DNA from: Okamejei kenojei
Taxonomy: Eukaryota
Direction of reading: 5' to 3'
DNA length: 64,000 bases
Assembly (NCBI GenBank): GCA_035221665.1
Contig: CM069159.1
Location: forward strand, 23,622,001-23,686,000
Shown piece after piece: positions 12,597 through 26,610 of this stretch; within the stretch, counting starts at the first letter, position 1, and each line of letters opens with the position of its first letter. The notes under the pieces are model-generated. The model was not told the DNA's origin, did not search any database, and saw only the letters and a program-made list of their open reading frames with translations. A program made the translations under genes and the position numbers.

Positions 12597-13868
12597 TCTA
12601 TATTACTAAAAGTCTGACCTTGACCACTTCCTGTTGTTCTGTGTATTGATTTTAGAAAAGATGCTGCCACTTACGGCTGTGATTTTTGACCATCTTACTC
12701 AGAGTCCCCCTCCGCTGTGCAGGGCAAGAAGATTTTTCCCATTGATGAAAAATAAAAGAGTTATAACTAGTGTTTAAAAAATGTTGAGATTCTCTCTCCT
12801 GAAGGCCACGCCCCTTCCGGAGGGACTATAAAACCCGGCAGTGTGGAGGTGCCTCAGTTCTCTGAAAGATGGGGGAGCGAGAGGTCGCAATTCTCAGTCT
12901 GAGCTGTGAATAACACTGAACACATGTCTACCAAACTGTGAGTGGTTTTACTGACCTGTCAGTGCCCTTAATGTGGTTTGAAAATGTAGTTTGAAAATGC
13001 AAAAGTGTGTTTTGGTTTGAAAGTGCTAAAGATGTGTTGCCTTTGGTTTTGAAAGTGCTAAAGCAAGCTGTGTTGCCTTTGGTTTTGAAAGTGCTAAAGA
13101 AAGCTGCCTTGCTTTTGGTTTTGAAAGTGCTAAAGCAAGCTGCCTTGCCTTTGGTTCAGAAAGTGCTAAAGCTAGCTGCCTTGCCTTTGGTTTTGAAAGT
13201 GCTTAAACAAGCTGCCTTGCCTTTGGTTTTGAAAGTGCTAAAGTAAAGTGCCTTGCCTTTGGTTTTGAAAGTGCTAAAGCAAGCTGCCTTGCCTTTGGTG
13301 TTGAAAGTGCCAACGTGAGCTGCCTTGCCTACTTAGAACTGCCCTGCCTAATCAGAGCTGCCTTGCCTAATTAGAGCTGCCTTGCCTAATATATAATTAA
13401 AAGTCTAATCTTGATCACTTCCTGTTCGCGCTTTATATTGATTTTAGAAAATTTGCTATGACGTATGGTTGTGATTTTTGGCCATCTTACTCGGAGTCCC
13501 CCTCTGCTCATCAGGTGCCGAGGATTTTCCCCATGGATGAAAAATAAAAGAGTTATTAGTGTTTAGAAAATGTTGGGATTCTCTCTCCTGTCAATCACGC
13601 CATGAAGGCCACGCCCCTTCTGGTGGGAGGGGGGAGGTACTATAAAACCCGGAAGTATGGTGAGTGGCTCAGTCTCTGCAAGATGGGGGAGGGAGAGGTC
13701 ACGACTCGCTGTCTTTAGTGGCCTTGCACCCTGCTTGAAATGGTATGAAACTGCACTTGAATTTGGTGCCCTTGCACCCTGCTTGAAATGGAATTTCAAG
13801 GAATAGCCGTGAGTCAACTGTGAGCCCTTCCGTGTGATGCTGGGACCCAACGGTCCCACTTAGTCTAG
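12597..13868 (+). mobile_element. Non-autonomous Helitron (complete)
   Basis: It starts with TC(TATATTACTAAAA) after host A12596 and ends with hairpin TGGGACC-CAAC-GGTCCCA (13841-13858) then CTAG (13865-13868) before host T. There is no TSD, and it contains internal tandem repeats. Confidence 0.85.
13008..13390. repeat. 36-bp and 19-bp minisatellites inside the Helitron
   Basis: The unit TGCCTTGCCTTTGGTTTTGAAAGTGCTAAAGCAAGC is repeated about 8 times, followed by TTAGAGCTGCCTTGCCTAA-like units. Confidence 0.9.
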
Positions 13869-16179
13869 TAATTATATATAGTTCTAACAAGCCTCCCTTC
13901 AACCTCCCATTTTCCAGAGTAAACAATCCAAGTCTATCCAACTTCTCCCCATAGCTGAAACCCTCTAATCCAGGTAACATTTTGGTAACCCTCTGCACCC
14001 TCTCCAAAACCTCCACATCTTTCCTGAAATGGGGTGAGTAGAACTGCAAGTAATACTCCAAATGTTGCCGTACCAAATTCCTATACAGCTGCATCATGAA
14101 CTAAAGTCCTCTCAAGCTGCATCATGAACCATATTGAAGGCCTTCTGAAAGTCCAAATACACCAATGGTTAACCCTTGACTTTTCTACTAATTGCAATCT
14201 CGACAAAACAAGTGCAGCTTTTACAAACATTGTTCTCCTTTCATAAATCTATGCTGACTCATGTCAATCCTGTTACTATTTTGCTAAGTTCCTTAATAAA
14301 AGCATTTTCTGTACTGCTGATAGCAGGCTAACTGATCCACAGTTCCCCATTGCCTCCCAACCTCCTTTCTAAAAATTGTCATGTTATAATATGTGAGTAC
14401 CACACTAGAACCAATGAAAATTTGAAAGACGACTATTATTGCATCCATCACCTCTTAGCCATGTCTTTCAAAACCTCTGGATGAAGATCCTCAGCTCCTT
14501 GGGATTTCTTGTCATTCAGTCCTATTAATTTAGCCAATGCTATTTTTATAATAATGCTAATAACTTTCACCTTCTCGTTGCTTCTGGACCTGTTCTCCAC
14601 AATCGTTCAGGTTTCTGTGCCTTTTTTCTGTGAAGGTGTGTGTCATTTCTCTACCATATCCTTATTTCCCTATATAATTTCTTCTCTCTATCTGTAGAGG
14701 ACCCATGTTTTCTAGATTATTTTCTTCTTCTGCGTTCCATTTCCTTATAAAAATGTTTCCTAATCTACAGGTATTTTACAGTTTTAGGCAACATTGTAAA
14801 TCTTCCCCTATAATGTAATACTTCAGCTTCACTTATTAGCCGCAACTGGGCTCCTTTTTCTTTAGTGTTTCACTTTCCTAAAGGGATATATATTATTTTG
14901 TTAATTATGTAAATGTTCACCATTGCTCTTTTCCAATCGTATATTTTAATGCAGTTTCCTAATCTACCAAAGCCACCCCACACCCTATAACTCTGTAGTT
15001 AGTTAGCTTAGGTTTAAGATCCAGTAAACATAGCACAGAGATCTAAAATTGGCAACAGAATTTGAAGGAAAATTAGAATTTTCTTCTCACAAAGGGTTGT
15101 TAGACATGTGATGGATTTTGATTCCATATGAACATCTGAAGGACAATCATTCATGCATTTTTAAGGATGATTGCAAGTACAGGAAAAAGGACTGATTGTA
15201 GAGCAATATCAAAGAACCACCACTGGTCTTTGATCAACCCCCCCAAACAGTATCTAACAGTCTATGATTCTAGCACAACCAATCTTTGTTCACACATGCA
15301 CACATTTCACCAGGGAAGCATTTCTCTGGTTGATTTCTCAAATGAAGTCCTAAAACTCACTGAAGTGGACGAAGGAAAAATAGCACAGAATGTGGACTCG
15401 GGAATCATAACAGTAATTGTGAACTAAGCAGCCACCAAAATAGTGGGAAAAGATCAGGAGAAGCAATGCTGAGTGATTTTCTCTCACAAATAATGAGGTA
15501 CTGCTTCAAATGATCATTGAACCTGGAGCACCTTAATGCATAACTAAATTATTCACCTAACCTACTGAGCCATACATCTAGTAATTTACTGATGACAGTG
15601 AATGGATTTCTTGAATGTAACACAATAAGTGTTCATTCGTGTGATAATTACTGTTAAACTACAAAAAAACTGCCTACTTCCAATTTTTTGGCACTAAAAT
15701 TTATATCAAAGAAAGAACAGTCTCCGTGTTTAAGGAGTATTCAGCATTTAATCTTTACATGTTTAAATTTAATAATGTTCAGTGGCGACTGTTGTGGAGG
15801 CACCTGGTGCTTTGCACCTCGTCATCTTGCACCTGTGTCCTCGGAAGCGTAAAAGCTGACAAAATCTGACATTCAAAAATGAATCTGCCTCAAATAATAA
15901 CCATCAAAACGTGTCTTCAGAAATGACTCATTCACATGAATGCATGTCTGAATGGCAGTGAAGCTAAAGGAGAAAAGGAAGGTTGTTTTGCTCAGTCTTT
16001 ATCCTGAGGCCTGAACTTCAAATCTGAACTGAGAGTTGATTACTTTCCATGATTTTCAGCTACCCATTTCTCTAGATATTTTTTTCCAAAGGAACTCCCT
16101 GTAGTTAAAAACTCCCTGTAGTTAACTTCGGAAAAAGCACAGAACATGAATTCAGGAGTAATAATAGTAATCCTCTTCG

Positions 16180-16315
16180 TACCCTTCCATATCTCCAGTT
16201 TCCCTCTCCTCTGACTCTCAGTCTGAAGAAGGGTCTCGACCCGAAACGTCACCCATTCCTTCTCTCCAGAGATGCTGCCTGTCCCACTGAGTTACTCCAG
16301 CATTTTGTGTTTATC
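16180..16315 (+). mobile_element. Penelope-type short element with an intact minimal hammerhead core
   Basis: CTGAAGA-A-GGGTC-TC-GACCC-GAAA-CGTC at 16223-16250, followed by the family tail GATGCTGCCTGTCC..CTGAGTTACTCCAGCATTTTGTGT. Confidence 0.7.
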
Positions 16316-16961
16316 ACAATAGTAATGGTGAACTAAGTAGCCCCCCAGAATGACAAGCCAGATAGAAATTTGTACCCCACATGAACGGGGTCAACTCTCC
16401 TTCACCCACCTATATCCATGATGATAGTTTAGTTTAATTTATTATTATTCACCAAGATACAAAACTTTGTTTTGTGTATTATCCAGTCAAATCAAATCAT
16501 ACATGAGTACAATCAAGCCACACACAACACAAAGACTGTAACAATTGTAGAGGATGATAGTAAATCTTCTCTTCTCTTCAAAGAGTATCAAACTCTTGCA
16601 TTTATCAAGTCTCAAGTGTCTGCCAATGTTGAGTCCGAGTGTGAGGATATTGACGATGTAGAGAGGCAACCAGGGATCCCTCGTGATGCTGTCGCTGCCT
16701 TTCACAGCTGCTGCTGCTCCATGCAGCAGCTGCAGGCTGCAATTGATGAGCTCACTCACCCGGCTGCTGTAGGGCCTCCAGCGGCTGCCTCGCCCTCCTG
16801 TTCCCACACCATGACCTGCACCACATGGCCCTTTAGACAACCGTGCCGACTAAAGGAAAACTTGAGTTGCCACCATCCTGCAGCTGCACCTCCAATTCCG
16901 TGCATTGGGGCACTCATACCCAACACAAACTCCCTCCAAGCTAACAGAGATTCAAGCATTC

Positions 16962-17390
16962 AGGGCGACACAGTGGCGCAGCGTTTGAGTTGCCGCCTCA
17001 CAGCGCCAGGGACCTGGATTCGATCCTGACTACGGGTGCTGTCTGTATGAAGTTTGCACTTTTATTTTCAGTTCAGTTTAGTTTTTTGTCACGTGCACCG
17101 AGGTACAGTGAAATGCTTTTGTTGCATGCTATCCAGTCAGCAGAAAGACAATACATGATTCCATTTGATTACAATCATACGTTCTCCCTGTGACCCCGTG
17201 GGTTTTCTCTGGGTGCTCTGGTTTCCTCCAATACTCCAAAGAGATACATGTTTGTAGGCCAATTGGCTTTGGTAAAAATTGTTAATTGTCCCTAATGTGT
17301 CGGATACTGCTAGTGTACGAGGGTGATCGTTGGTCGGCATGGACTCGGTGGGCAGAAGGGCCTATTTCCAAGTTTTATCGTTAAAGTCTA
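16962..17390 (+). mobile_element. HE1/V-SINE-type SINE interrupted by a LINE-tail insertion (about 17060-17177)
   Basis: Head GGGCGACACAGTGGCGCAGCG...GGATTCGATCC, followed by the central domain and tail. Confidence 0.75.
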
Positions 17391-17559
17391 AAGTAATTCC
17401 AAATTATTCCTTAAATGCCAGAGGACAAAAATTCCTTCCTTCTTCTCTTAAGGTACAACATTCCTCTGAAACCAGAGTGTTGGTTTTGGGGTCCTTGTTG
17501 TCAACATTGGGAACTGACAGAAACTATATCACTTGGATGACATGACTTGGCTCCAGGTG

Positions 17560-18150
17560 TAAATATGAACAAGGCTTGCCAGTGCCTCTACTTCCTTGGA
17601 AGCTTAAAGGGATTCAGCATGTCATCGATACAGATGTACTGCAGACAATATCCTGGCTGGTTGCATCATGATATGGCAATTTCAATGCACAGGAATGCAA
17701 GAGGATGCAGAGAGGTGTGGACTCAGGCCAATCCATCAGGGGCACAGACCGCCCCAACAACAACAACGTTTACATGAGATATCTGCACACCTCCCGGTTT
17801 ACCAACTGCTACTTCCAAAACAACTATCAGGTTCTGGAACCAAACTGCACAACCTTAATCATAACATGGCAATGGAACACTGTGGACCACCTTTTGCACT
17901 ACCTCGGGCTTTATTTTTCAAACTGTGTTTCACACAAACGTCGTGTTATTTTTTGCACAGCCTTTTTCTTTTTTACTGTCTTGCAGAATTTGTGTGCAAT
18001 TTACGTATTATTTAGGTATAATTTATGTTTTTGTGTGTTGTCTGAGACTATGTGCCTGTGACGCTGCTGCAAGCAAGATTTTCATTGTACCTGGACCTCA
18101 CCATACCTCACCGTACTTGTGCATATGACAACAATCTCAACTCGACTTGA
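17560..18150 (+). mobile_element. Degraded Rex1/Babar LINE 3' fragment
   Basis: Translations KACQCLYFL and TSRFTNCYFQ. The 3' UTR is similar to 7150-7350. Confidence 0.65.
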
Positions 18151-18727
18151 TCACGATGTAGCTGCAGCCAAGAATGTTTTATTGTCATATGTCCCGTATT
18201 AGAACAATAGCACCACAGAATATGTAAATATAGAACACTGCAAACAATATAATAAACAAGAGAAATTAAGTTCAGTGTGTGTGTATACACACACTCACAA
18301 ATACACATATATTGTGATCATATATGTATACACATACATACACACAACAAACAATAATAGTGCAATAATAACTATTGTTCTGGATTCACTCACTGTGACG
18401 GGCTGTTCCTAAACCATGAGTCATGCGATACAGACCATTTAGCACATTGTGCTTGTGCCAGTTCATTGGAAATTTATTTGTTATCTACACATCTGAGCAA
18501 ATGTTTCTGCTCCGAGCTTTTATCCAATTCCATTTTAAATCCGTACGGAAATGTTGCGGTTGGATCATAAATCAATGAAGATACATTACAATTGTATTTT
18601 CTCTTTTTATCTGCACAGAAACAGAATGTAATTTATCATTTCAATGACTTAAAATAGAACAATAACTTTTATAATTCATGTGACCTGTCCCTTTTGTGGT
18701 GTCACAAAAACAACACATCTGTACACT

Positions 18728-18893
18728 TGTGTAGGAAGAAAATGCAGATGCTGGTTTACACCAATGATAGACACAAAAATCTGGAGTAACTCAGCGGGTC
18801 AGGCAGCATCTCTGGTGAAAAGGAATAGGTGACGTTTCGGGTCAAGACCCTTCTTCAGACTGAGAGTCAGGGGAGAGGAAAACTAGAGATATA
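18728..18893 (-). mobile_element. Penelope-type short element with a hammerhead core
   Basis: Minus strand CTGAAGAAGGGTCTTGACCCGAAACGTC at 18831-18858. Confidence 0.7.
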
Positions 18894-21004
18894 CTTGATG
18901 CTCATGACCTTGAGTGTTCTGGAACTGAAACTCTGCATGAACTAGACCCCAATTGTTCTGGTGATTAAGACCCCCTAATGTTTGGGGTTCCAGGTGTTCT
19001 GAGTCTTGAAACCCTAACTGCCTCATAGTCAGGAACCACAAGGTGCCAGAGACACCAGTGTCTGGTGCTTGCAATTCTGTGTTTTACTTGCTCTGCTGTC
19101 CTCATATACAATGAGGTTCATTCGAGGGAATTGCAAGAAAAACAATTAAACACTCACCTCCTCCTATCCCTTAAATCGGAAAGCAACGGGTGTCAAATAT
19201 GCAATGTTTAATAATCCCCAAATTCCTTAGATTTCATAAAGAGAAATGTTTCGGATTATATAATCATACCAGTAGAAAGATGGTAAATTATGAAGAATGC
19301 TTTGAATGGGGTTTACAACATATTTATTGTATCCAAGTGCTTCAACCAGCGACGTCCACCAATTATGGCAAGTTTGGGGCACCCTTCGCATGAACAACTC
19401 ATTTATGCCACAGTTGATGAATGAATCACTCCCTTACACTATCTGGGGATCTGGTATATTTTCCAATTGCAAACTGAAATATCTGAGTTTTAACTTTTGC
19501 ACAAAGTGTGGACCAGAGTCCATGACTTGGAGAAGAGTTGGGAAAGAAAGTGGGAGAGATAAAGGATTGTAACAAGTGAAAGGGCACATGGGAAGAGGAA
19601 GGTGGAAGAGTAGAGAGAGGTCATCAGGTTAAAGATGGTGTGAGGACTGAGAAGGAAGCAAAAGGATGATGAAAGCATTGGGGGGGGGGGGGAATATTGG
19701 GGTAAATGAGAGGAAAAGGAAAAAGGCAAAGACATATAGCTAGGAGGGAGAAGATAGTTAGTGAGGAACAGGAAGGGAGAGTGGGGCAAGGGGAGTGAGC
19801 TTCTCAGCTGCTTGCTTTCAAGACAAGTTTAAGATGGATGTTATTTGTTAGAACAATGTGGGTTCCTGTAGTTCACCAATTGAACCCTAGTGCAATGGAC
19901 AAATCTTATCCTGCTATATGTAACAAAAACAATTGGCCTTATTCTAAGAATTTAGATACAGACTGTTTCTGATAGTAATGAGCTTAAGACCCAGGATACA
20001 AAATTAGATGTGAGAGCTACAGAACAGAGGGCAGGTAAAATGTTTACACAATACATTATGAGTTGTGGGAGTCATGATAGAATTCACTCCCAGGGGTTTT
20101 GGTTGAGGCAATTCCGTCATGGAGAGTCTATTGTGGAGATGAGACATGAGCAGACGAAGGAAAGGGCATTGAAAAGATATGGAAAAATTATCAAGTAAAT
20201 GTGATCGAAGCTATTTGCTGGGGAGGATGGTAAATGCAAACTGGCAGAGTCAGTGGCTTATTTCTGCATTGTGTGTAATTCCTGTGCAGTTCAGTTTGGG
20301 GACACATCAGTCAATGTTATTGGAGGAGGCCAGCTAACCATCGCACTCATGCTGATGCTAGCCTTCCATTTCAGAAAAAGCCATTTATTTTCCTGCTTTA
20401 TCTCAGTACTCCTTAAGATTTATCTCAAATATTTTCCTGGCATCAGTCACCAGCTGCGGTAATGGATAATAACTACTTTAGTGGCCTCCTCTGACATACT
20501 TCCCCTTCCATGACTGGTGACCAGAAACAGGCCCATTCCTGCCATTGCTTTCAACACTCTGTGTGGTTCAGTGGGCAGAACACACCTATGCAGTGCCGCA
20601 CCCGGAGCACATCAACAAATGCAGATCTCCACCGTGTGACATTTACCCCTTTAGAGACCACCACCCTGAGCCTTCCACAGCTTGCGGTTGGATTGAGGAT
20701 TGAAAAAGTCATCATAGATGGGAAAGAAGTGTGATTTCTACGTCCAGGACATCCAGAACAGCTACTCTTCTACAACTATCAGGTTCTTGAACCAAGCTGA
20801 ACACCTAATCCTAACTCAACAATGGAATACTAGGTTCGTCCACCTCTTGCACATCTTTGGGAGTTATTTTTTTCTTTTCTTTTAGATATTTTATATGTAA
20901 ATCATGTATATTACGTTAATTTATTTTTGTGTGTTTGTCTGACTCTATGTGCCTCTGATGCTTCTGCAAGCACGGTTTTCATTCAATGTGTACCTCACTG
21001 TTTT

Positions 21005-21372
21005 AGTTTTACTTTTAGTTTTAAAGGGACAGCATGGAAATAGGCCCTGCAGCCCACGGAGTCTATCGATCACCCGTCACATTAATTCTATGTTATCCCA
21101 CTTTCCCATCTACACCTACACATCTTTGGGATGTGGGAGAAAACTGGAGCACCCAGAGGAAACACGAGCAGTTACAGGGAGAGCGTCAAACTCCATACAG
21201 TATCCAATGTTCTGTATTCATGCATACCATATTCTGTTGTGCTGGAGCAAAGCAAGAACGTCATTGTCCTATCTGGGACACATGACAATAAACTCTCTTG
21301 AATCTTGAAGGTTAGGATTGAACCTGGGTTTCTGGCACTGTAAGGCAGCAGCTCTACTAGCTGCGCCACTGT
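21005..21372 (-). mobile_element. HE1/V-SINE-type SINE with a nested LINE-tail fragment
   Basis: Reverse complement of the SINE consensus, interrupted at about 21200-21307. Confidence 0.7.
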
Positions 21373-21908
21373 AATTGAGCATATGACAATAACTCTACAA
21401 ATCAATTCATTGATACTAGACATAAGCCCTTCATTCCACAGAAAGCTCCAAGCTCCAATTTGGACTGTTCCTCACGATCCATCCAGATGTGAATGGTACC
21501 CAGAATCTAGTCTCCATCTCAGCAAAATGCCTTTTTCTTTGTTAAATTATTTAATTCGTAGACTAGTTTTGTTGTAATTTAACAATATATTAACTTTCTA
21601 CATTGTTTAATCTGGCATCAACATTTTCAATAATCATAACAAGAATGCTATCTACACCCTTCTTGGATACTGGAAGGAACTGTTCTCGGACATGGAAGCA
21701 ACCTGCAAACTCTGATGTAATTTACAGTGGATCGTGAACTGAGCAGCTCCCAAGGAAGAGTATTTTGAAGATAGACACAAATACTGGAGTAACTCAGCCG
21801 GGCAGGCAGCATCTCTGGATAGAAGGAATGAGTGACGTTTCAGGACGAGACCCTTCTATTTTGAGTTCTTGTTTACCAGGCTGCAGATCAGAAGAGTTGG
21901 ACACACGT

Positions 21909-21926
21909 TGCCACCTGCTGGTGGCC
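21909..21926 (-). promoter_or_regulatory. Candidate CTCF site between TLCD5 and ARHGEF12
   Basis: Minus strand GGCCACCAGCAGGTGGCA contains an exact match to CCASYAGRKGGC. Confidence 0.5.
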
Positions 21927-24099
21927 ACTTAAACTGCATTGGTGGCTTTGCAGTCAACTTCTGTCGCTGTTTACGTGTGTGCACTGCAGCATTAGTGCAG
22001 ACACATGAGTATGTTAGGCAGTCAGCAAATTTTTCAGTACCTTAAGGATATTTATCTTGGGACTTAAAGGGGATAGGAATTTTATTAAACCACAAGGTTG
22101 ACAAACAGAATTTATTTTGTACACCCAAAAACATTTAGTAAGTCGCTAAATAGATTACTTTACAAAGACACCTTGTGCACAGTTCACATCACAGATGGAA
22201 TAACGTCCTTTAGGGTAGTAGGTAGCAAGAGGAAATGTACACCTCTGAAGGCGGCAAGGCTGGTGTTGTGCATTTGGTGGTTAGTGCTGAAATCTCTCTT
22301 GGTCATCACTAGCTTACCCTTCCTTGTATGAAAAGAGTATAATCAGCAATTGTTACTGATGATACTAACAGCACTATAAAAGGATGGAAGTGCTAGTTGC
22401 AGTTAGAAGCAAAGCAAGTTTGATGCAAATAAATGTCACTATGGATACATGTGAAGTGGCATATTTGGGGGAAATGAAGAGATTGGAAATAAACATTTAC
22501 AGAATTGAAGAAAATATTGATGAAAGAGGCCAGATGCACAGCTTGGGATTTGGGATTGAGGATTGAAAAAGTAATAGTAAAAGGGAAGGAAGTGTGATTT
22601 CTATATCCAGGACACCAAGTACAAAAAAAAAGGATTTGTCCCAGACAGTGAATAAAATAGTTTTGTAGACTCGGTTTTGGAACTTCAATGAAAAAATGTG
22701 AGAACCACTGCACAAATCAAGGGTACAACAGCCTTTTCCTGATCTGGTACAATAGGCTTGTGGTGAGGGACAACCTTTTCATGTTCCGGCACAGCAGTCT
22801 TGAGAGTCTGAATGCTCTGCTCGTGCTTCTGTGCAATACTTGTGGGACTGGGGGACCTATTCCGATATAGGCTTGGGAATTGAAATAACTCCCCTTGTGC
22901 CTCTATAAGAGGCTTATGTGGCTGAATTATTCTGCTTTCTTAGTAATGGATAATGGGGCTGAATGGCCTACTTTGGTTTCAATGAAATTTGGATGAAGGA
23001 ATTTCCTAGTGTTCCGATGCAAAAAAACTCACAAGCTGAACTGTATTTGCCTATTTCTCTGTGACTCTTTCATGGGACAAAATGGAATCCCCCTGCTATT
23101 GTGTAAATTATGCCGTATATTCAATATGAAAAGACGAAAGATGGGAGGCTTTCTTTGTGTGAGTGGTTTATCAGAAGATCTAACAGACCACATAATGGAA
23201 TCTGCAGGGATAAACAATTGATGATTATATGCAAAATTGGATGATGCAGTAACAAATGGCATAGGAATCTAAAGGTATTGCAATCTGCTTAAACTCCAGC
23301 CTACAAATACTGAAATGGCATGTGGTTGTTTTCTCCTTGGTGAAAGTATTCCCTGCATCTAATGTTCTTTTACCACAGTCACACCAGGCCAATTCCCATG
23401 AAAATTTGCAAGTTATGCTAACCCCCTGAAAGAACTCCGAACATGATTTCACTTAAAAATGAAATGGAAGAGATGCAATGAAGCAGAAACTGCATGAAAA
23501 ACTCAGCCGGGCAGGCAGCATCAATGGAGAGAGAAACAGAATTAATGTTTCAGGTTGAAGAAATAGAGAAATGCAAGGGGGATGGGCAGGAAAATCTTCG
23601 ATAAGAAACATTAAGTATGATGAATGAGCAGGGAAATGGTATTAAGTCGTGAACTGGCAGCTTACTCCTGATAACAATGGCACAAAACTGCACTGATCAG
23701 GAATCGTACACAAACCAGAAAAGGCCATTTGGTCCAATCACTCTACCTGGGCCTTTACTTTAAATGTAAGTAACTACCAATCAATCATACTCCTTCTAGG
23801 TCCCTTCAGTCCCCTTGCTTTACAGTCAAACTCCTTGCTTTACAGCCTATACTGATCCAGCGCAATGGGCTTGTGGTGTGGCATGACCTCTTCATGTTCG
23901 GCTCAAAGGGCCGAAGGGCCTCCTCTTGCACCTATTTTCTATGTTACAACAGTCTTAAACTCTATTTTATCCGCAGTCTGGACAATTTATTATTGCATCC
24001 TATTTTGTTGTGCTTGGTGCCACGGATAACTGTTACTTATCTGAACATTAGTTAAATATCCACATCTTTCAAGTGTTTCCATTTCCTGAAGGGCAGTTG

Positions 24100-24470
24100 T
24101 TGAAAGGCCTAAAAATGAAAGGACTAGATATAGTGGATATGGAGAGGATGTTTCCAGTGGGAGAGTCTAGGATCAGAGGGCAGAGCTTCAGAATAAAAGG
24201 ACATACACATTTAGAGATGGCTGTGGAGATGATGAAAGGGGATGTGGAATTTATTCAGCGGGCGATCTCCCGCCGAAAGCGGGAGAGTTGGAGTCACTGG
24301 TGGAGGCCAAGTAAAGTGGAATTTGATAGGTTCTTGATTAGTAAAGGCGTCAAAGGTTACGGCAAGAAGGCAGGAGAATGGAGTTGAGAGAGAAAAGTAG
24401 ACCTACCATCATCGAATGGCGGAGCAGACTTGATGGGCTGAATGGCCTAATTCTGCTCCTATGTCTTATG
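24100..24470 (+). mobile_element. CR1 LINE 3' end
   Basis: Translation KGLDIVDMERMFPVGESRIRGQSFRIKG, followed by the 3' UTR ending GGCTGAATGGCCTAATTCTGCTCCTATG. Confidence 0.8.
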
Positions 24471-25081
24471 CTGGGAAGTTTGAAGAGGATAAAGATCCTC
24501 CTCCGAGGTCAAAAATAAATCCCAAGAATGGCTACTTGGTGGCTCAGCTACCTGATCAAAGATGGGTGACACAGAGCAGTGCAAATGGCCTCAACTACCT
24601 ATCAGGTAGAAAAATACCAGGTTCCTGCTTCTGATCTCTCCGTGGACCATGACTCCTCCCACATTCCTCTGCCAATTGTGCCATTCATTATCTAGGTCTG
24701 CACGTGATTAACAGCACTCTGCTAAGGTCACTATCATTGAAGGGTTGCATACTAAGGTGATAAACTGAAGTGACGGGGGAACAGAAGTCCTGGACACCAG
24801 TTACCATGCAATAAGATCATCACATGCCAATGACTATAGCCAAAAGAATCAGGGCCCACACTAGAGCGATGTCATAACTAAGGCAGAGACAAGGCGCTAG
24901 TCAGACACCACTGGGAATACTGGTGTTGCCTGACATCAGAAAACAGTGACCATCAGGAACTACCTGCAATACATATCTTACTGTGAAAATAATCCACCTG
25001 CCAAAGGCATTCAAGAATGACAAATAAATAAAGGAAACAAGATGGCTGAGGATGGAGTTCATTTCATGTCACTTCGTTAAG

Positions 25082-25735
<654 letters not shown>

Positions 25736-26159
25736 TCACAGTTTGTTTATTCTCTTGGCTTACATTACTTGTAATTAAGTTATAAATTAACAAACATGCA
25801 AAATAATATGTCTGCTGCAAACCTCAATTAAAAATGAAAAGGTTGAAAATACTCATTAATGCCTGGGGTGAGAGAAACTGATTTTATGTTTCAGTCAATA
25901 TTTTACGTGAGAACTGCATGGGGAGCTTGCAAACCAATGAGAACCGATGAGGCCTTTGATACCAAGGTCACAGAGCCTCCTCAAGCGGCATGTTGAGTAA
26001 AACACTGTGATCCACTCAGTCAGTGGATAGAGAAACTATTCCTACAGCAATGGGACCAAGTACTCCACAACAACTCAGGAGCACTCATGAGAAGGTCAAG
26101 TTCAACTCCATTTTTAGGAAGGAAAATCAGGCAGGTTTAACTGATATTGCTCGTATATC

Positions 26160-26610
26160 TGACCTTGTCACCAACACTGTCCCTACACTAACCTTGTCAT
26201 CCCACACTGCCCCTACACACTCTGACTGTGTCAACTCACATAGCCCCCACACTAACCATGTCACCTCAAACTGCCCCTACACTCCTTGTCAACCTACACT
26301 CCTACACTAACCTTATCAACCCACACGGCCCCTACAAACTCTGACCTTGTCACTCCACACTGCCCTACACTAACGTTGTCACCTCGCACTGCTTTTACAC
26401 AGGCTGACCTTGTCACCCCAAATTGCTCCTGTGCACTCTGATTTTGCAACCTCGCACTGCTCTTATACACTTCCATGTCTTTGACTCACACCGCTGTAAC
26501 ATCTGCTGCACATTGATCTCCCATAGTAAAACATGCACTGAAGCAAAACCCCATGACTTGACACGGCCGCATACACTCTAACCTTGTCACCTCACACTGC
26601 TCCCTAAGGA
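26160..26610. repeat. Degenerate ~31-33 bp tandem repeat in a TLCD5 intron
   Basis: Recurring CT(G/A)ACCTTGTCACCCCACACTGCCCTACAC-like units. Confidence 0.75.

Larger units (their letters stand above)
12265..14170 (-). mobile_element. CR1 LINE 3' fragment split by a Helitron
   Basis: Translations QLYRNLVRQHLEYYLQFYSPHFRKDVEVLERVQR and MRGIDRID..SNTRGHSYKVRG. The sequence rejoins as ...ctatgcctctca|taattatata... across 12596/13869. Confidence 0.8.

Noticed and set aside
13007-13246. ORF with LPLVLKVLKQAA repeats resembling an amphipathic antimicrobial peptide, and a CRISPR-like 36-bp period
   Set aside because: It is a head-to-tail minisatellite inside a Helitron, with no unique spacers, no signal peptide and a non-ATG start.
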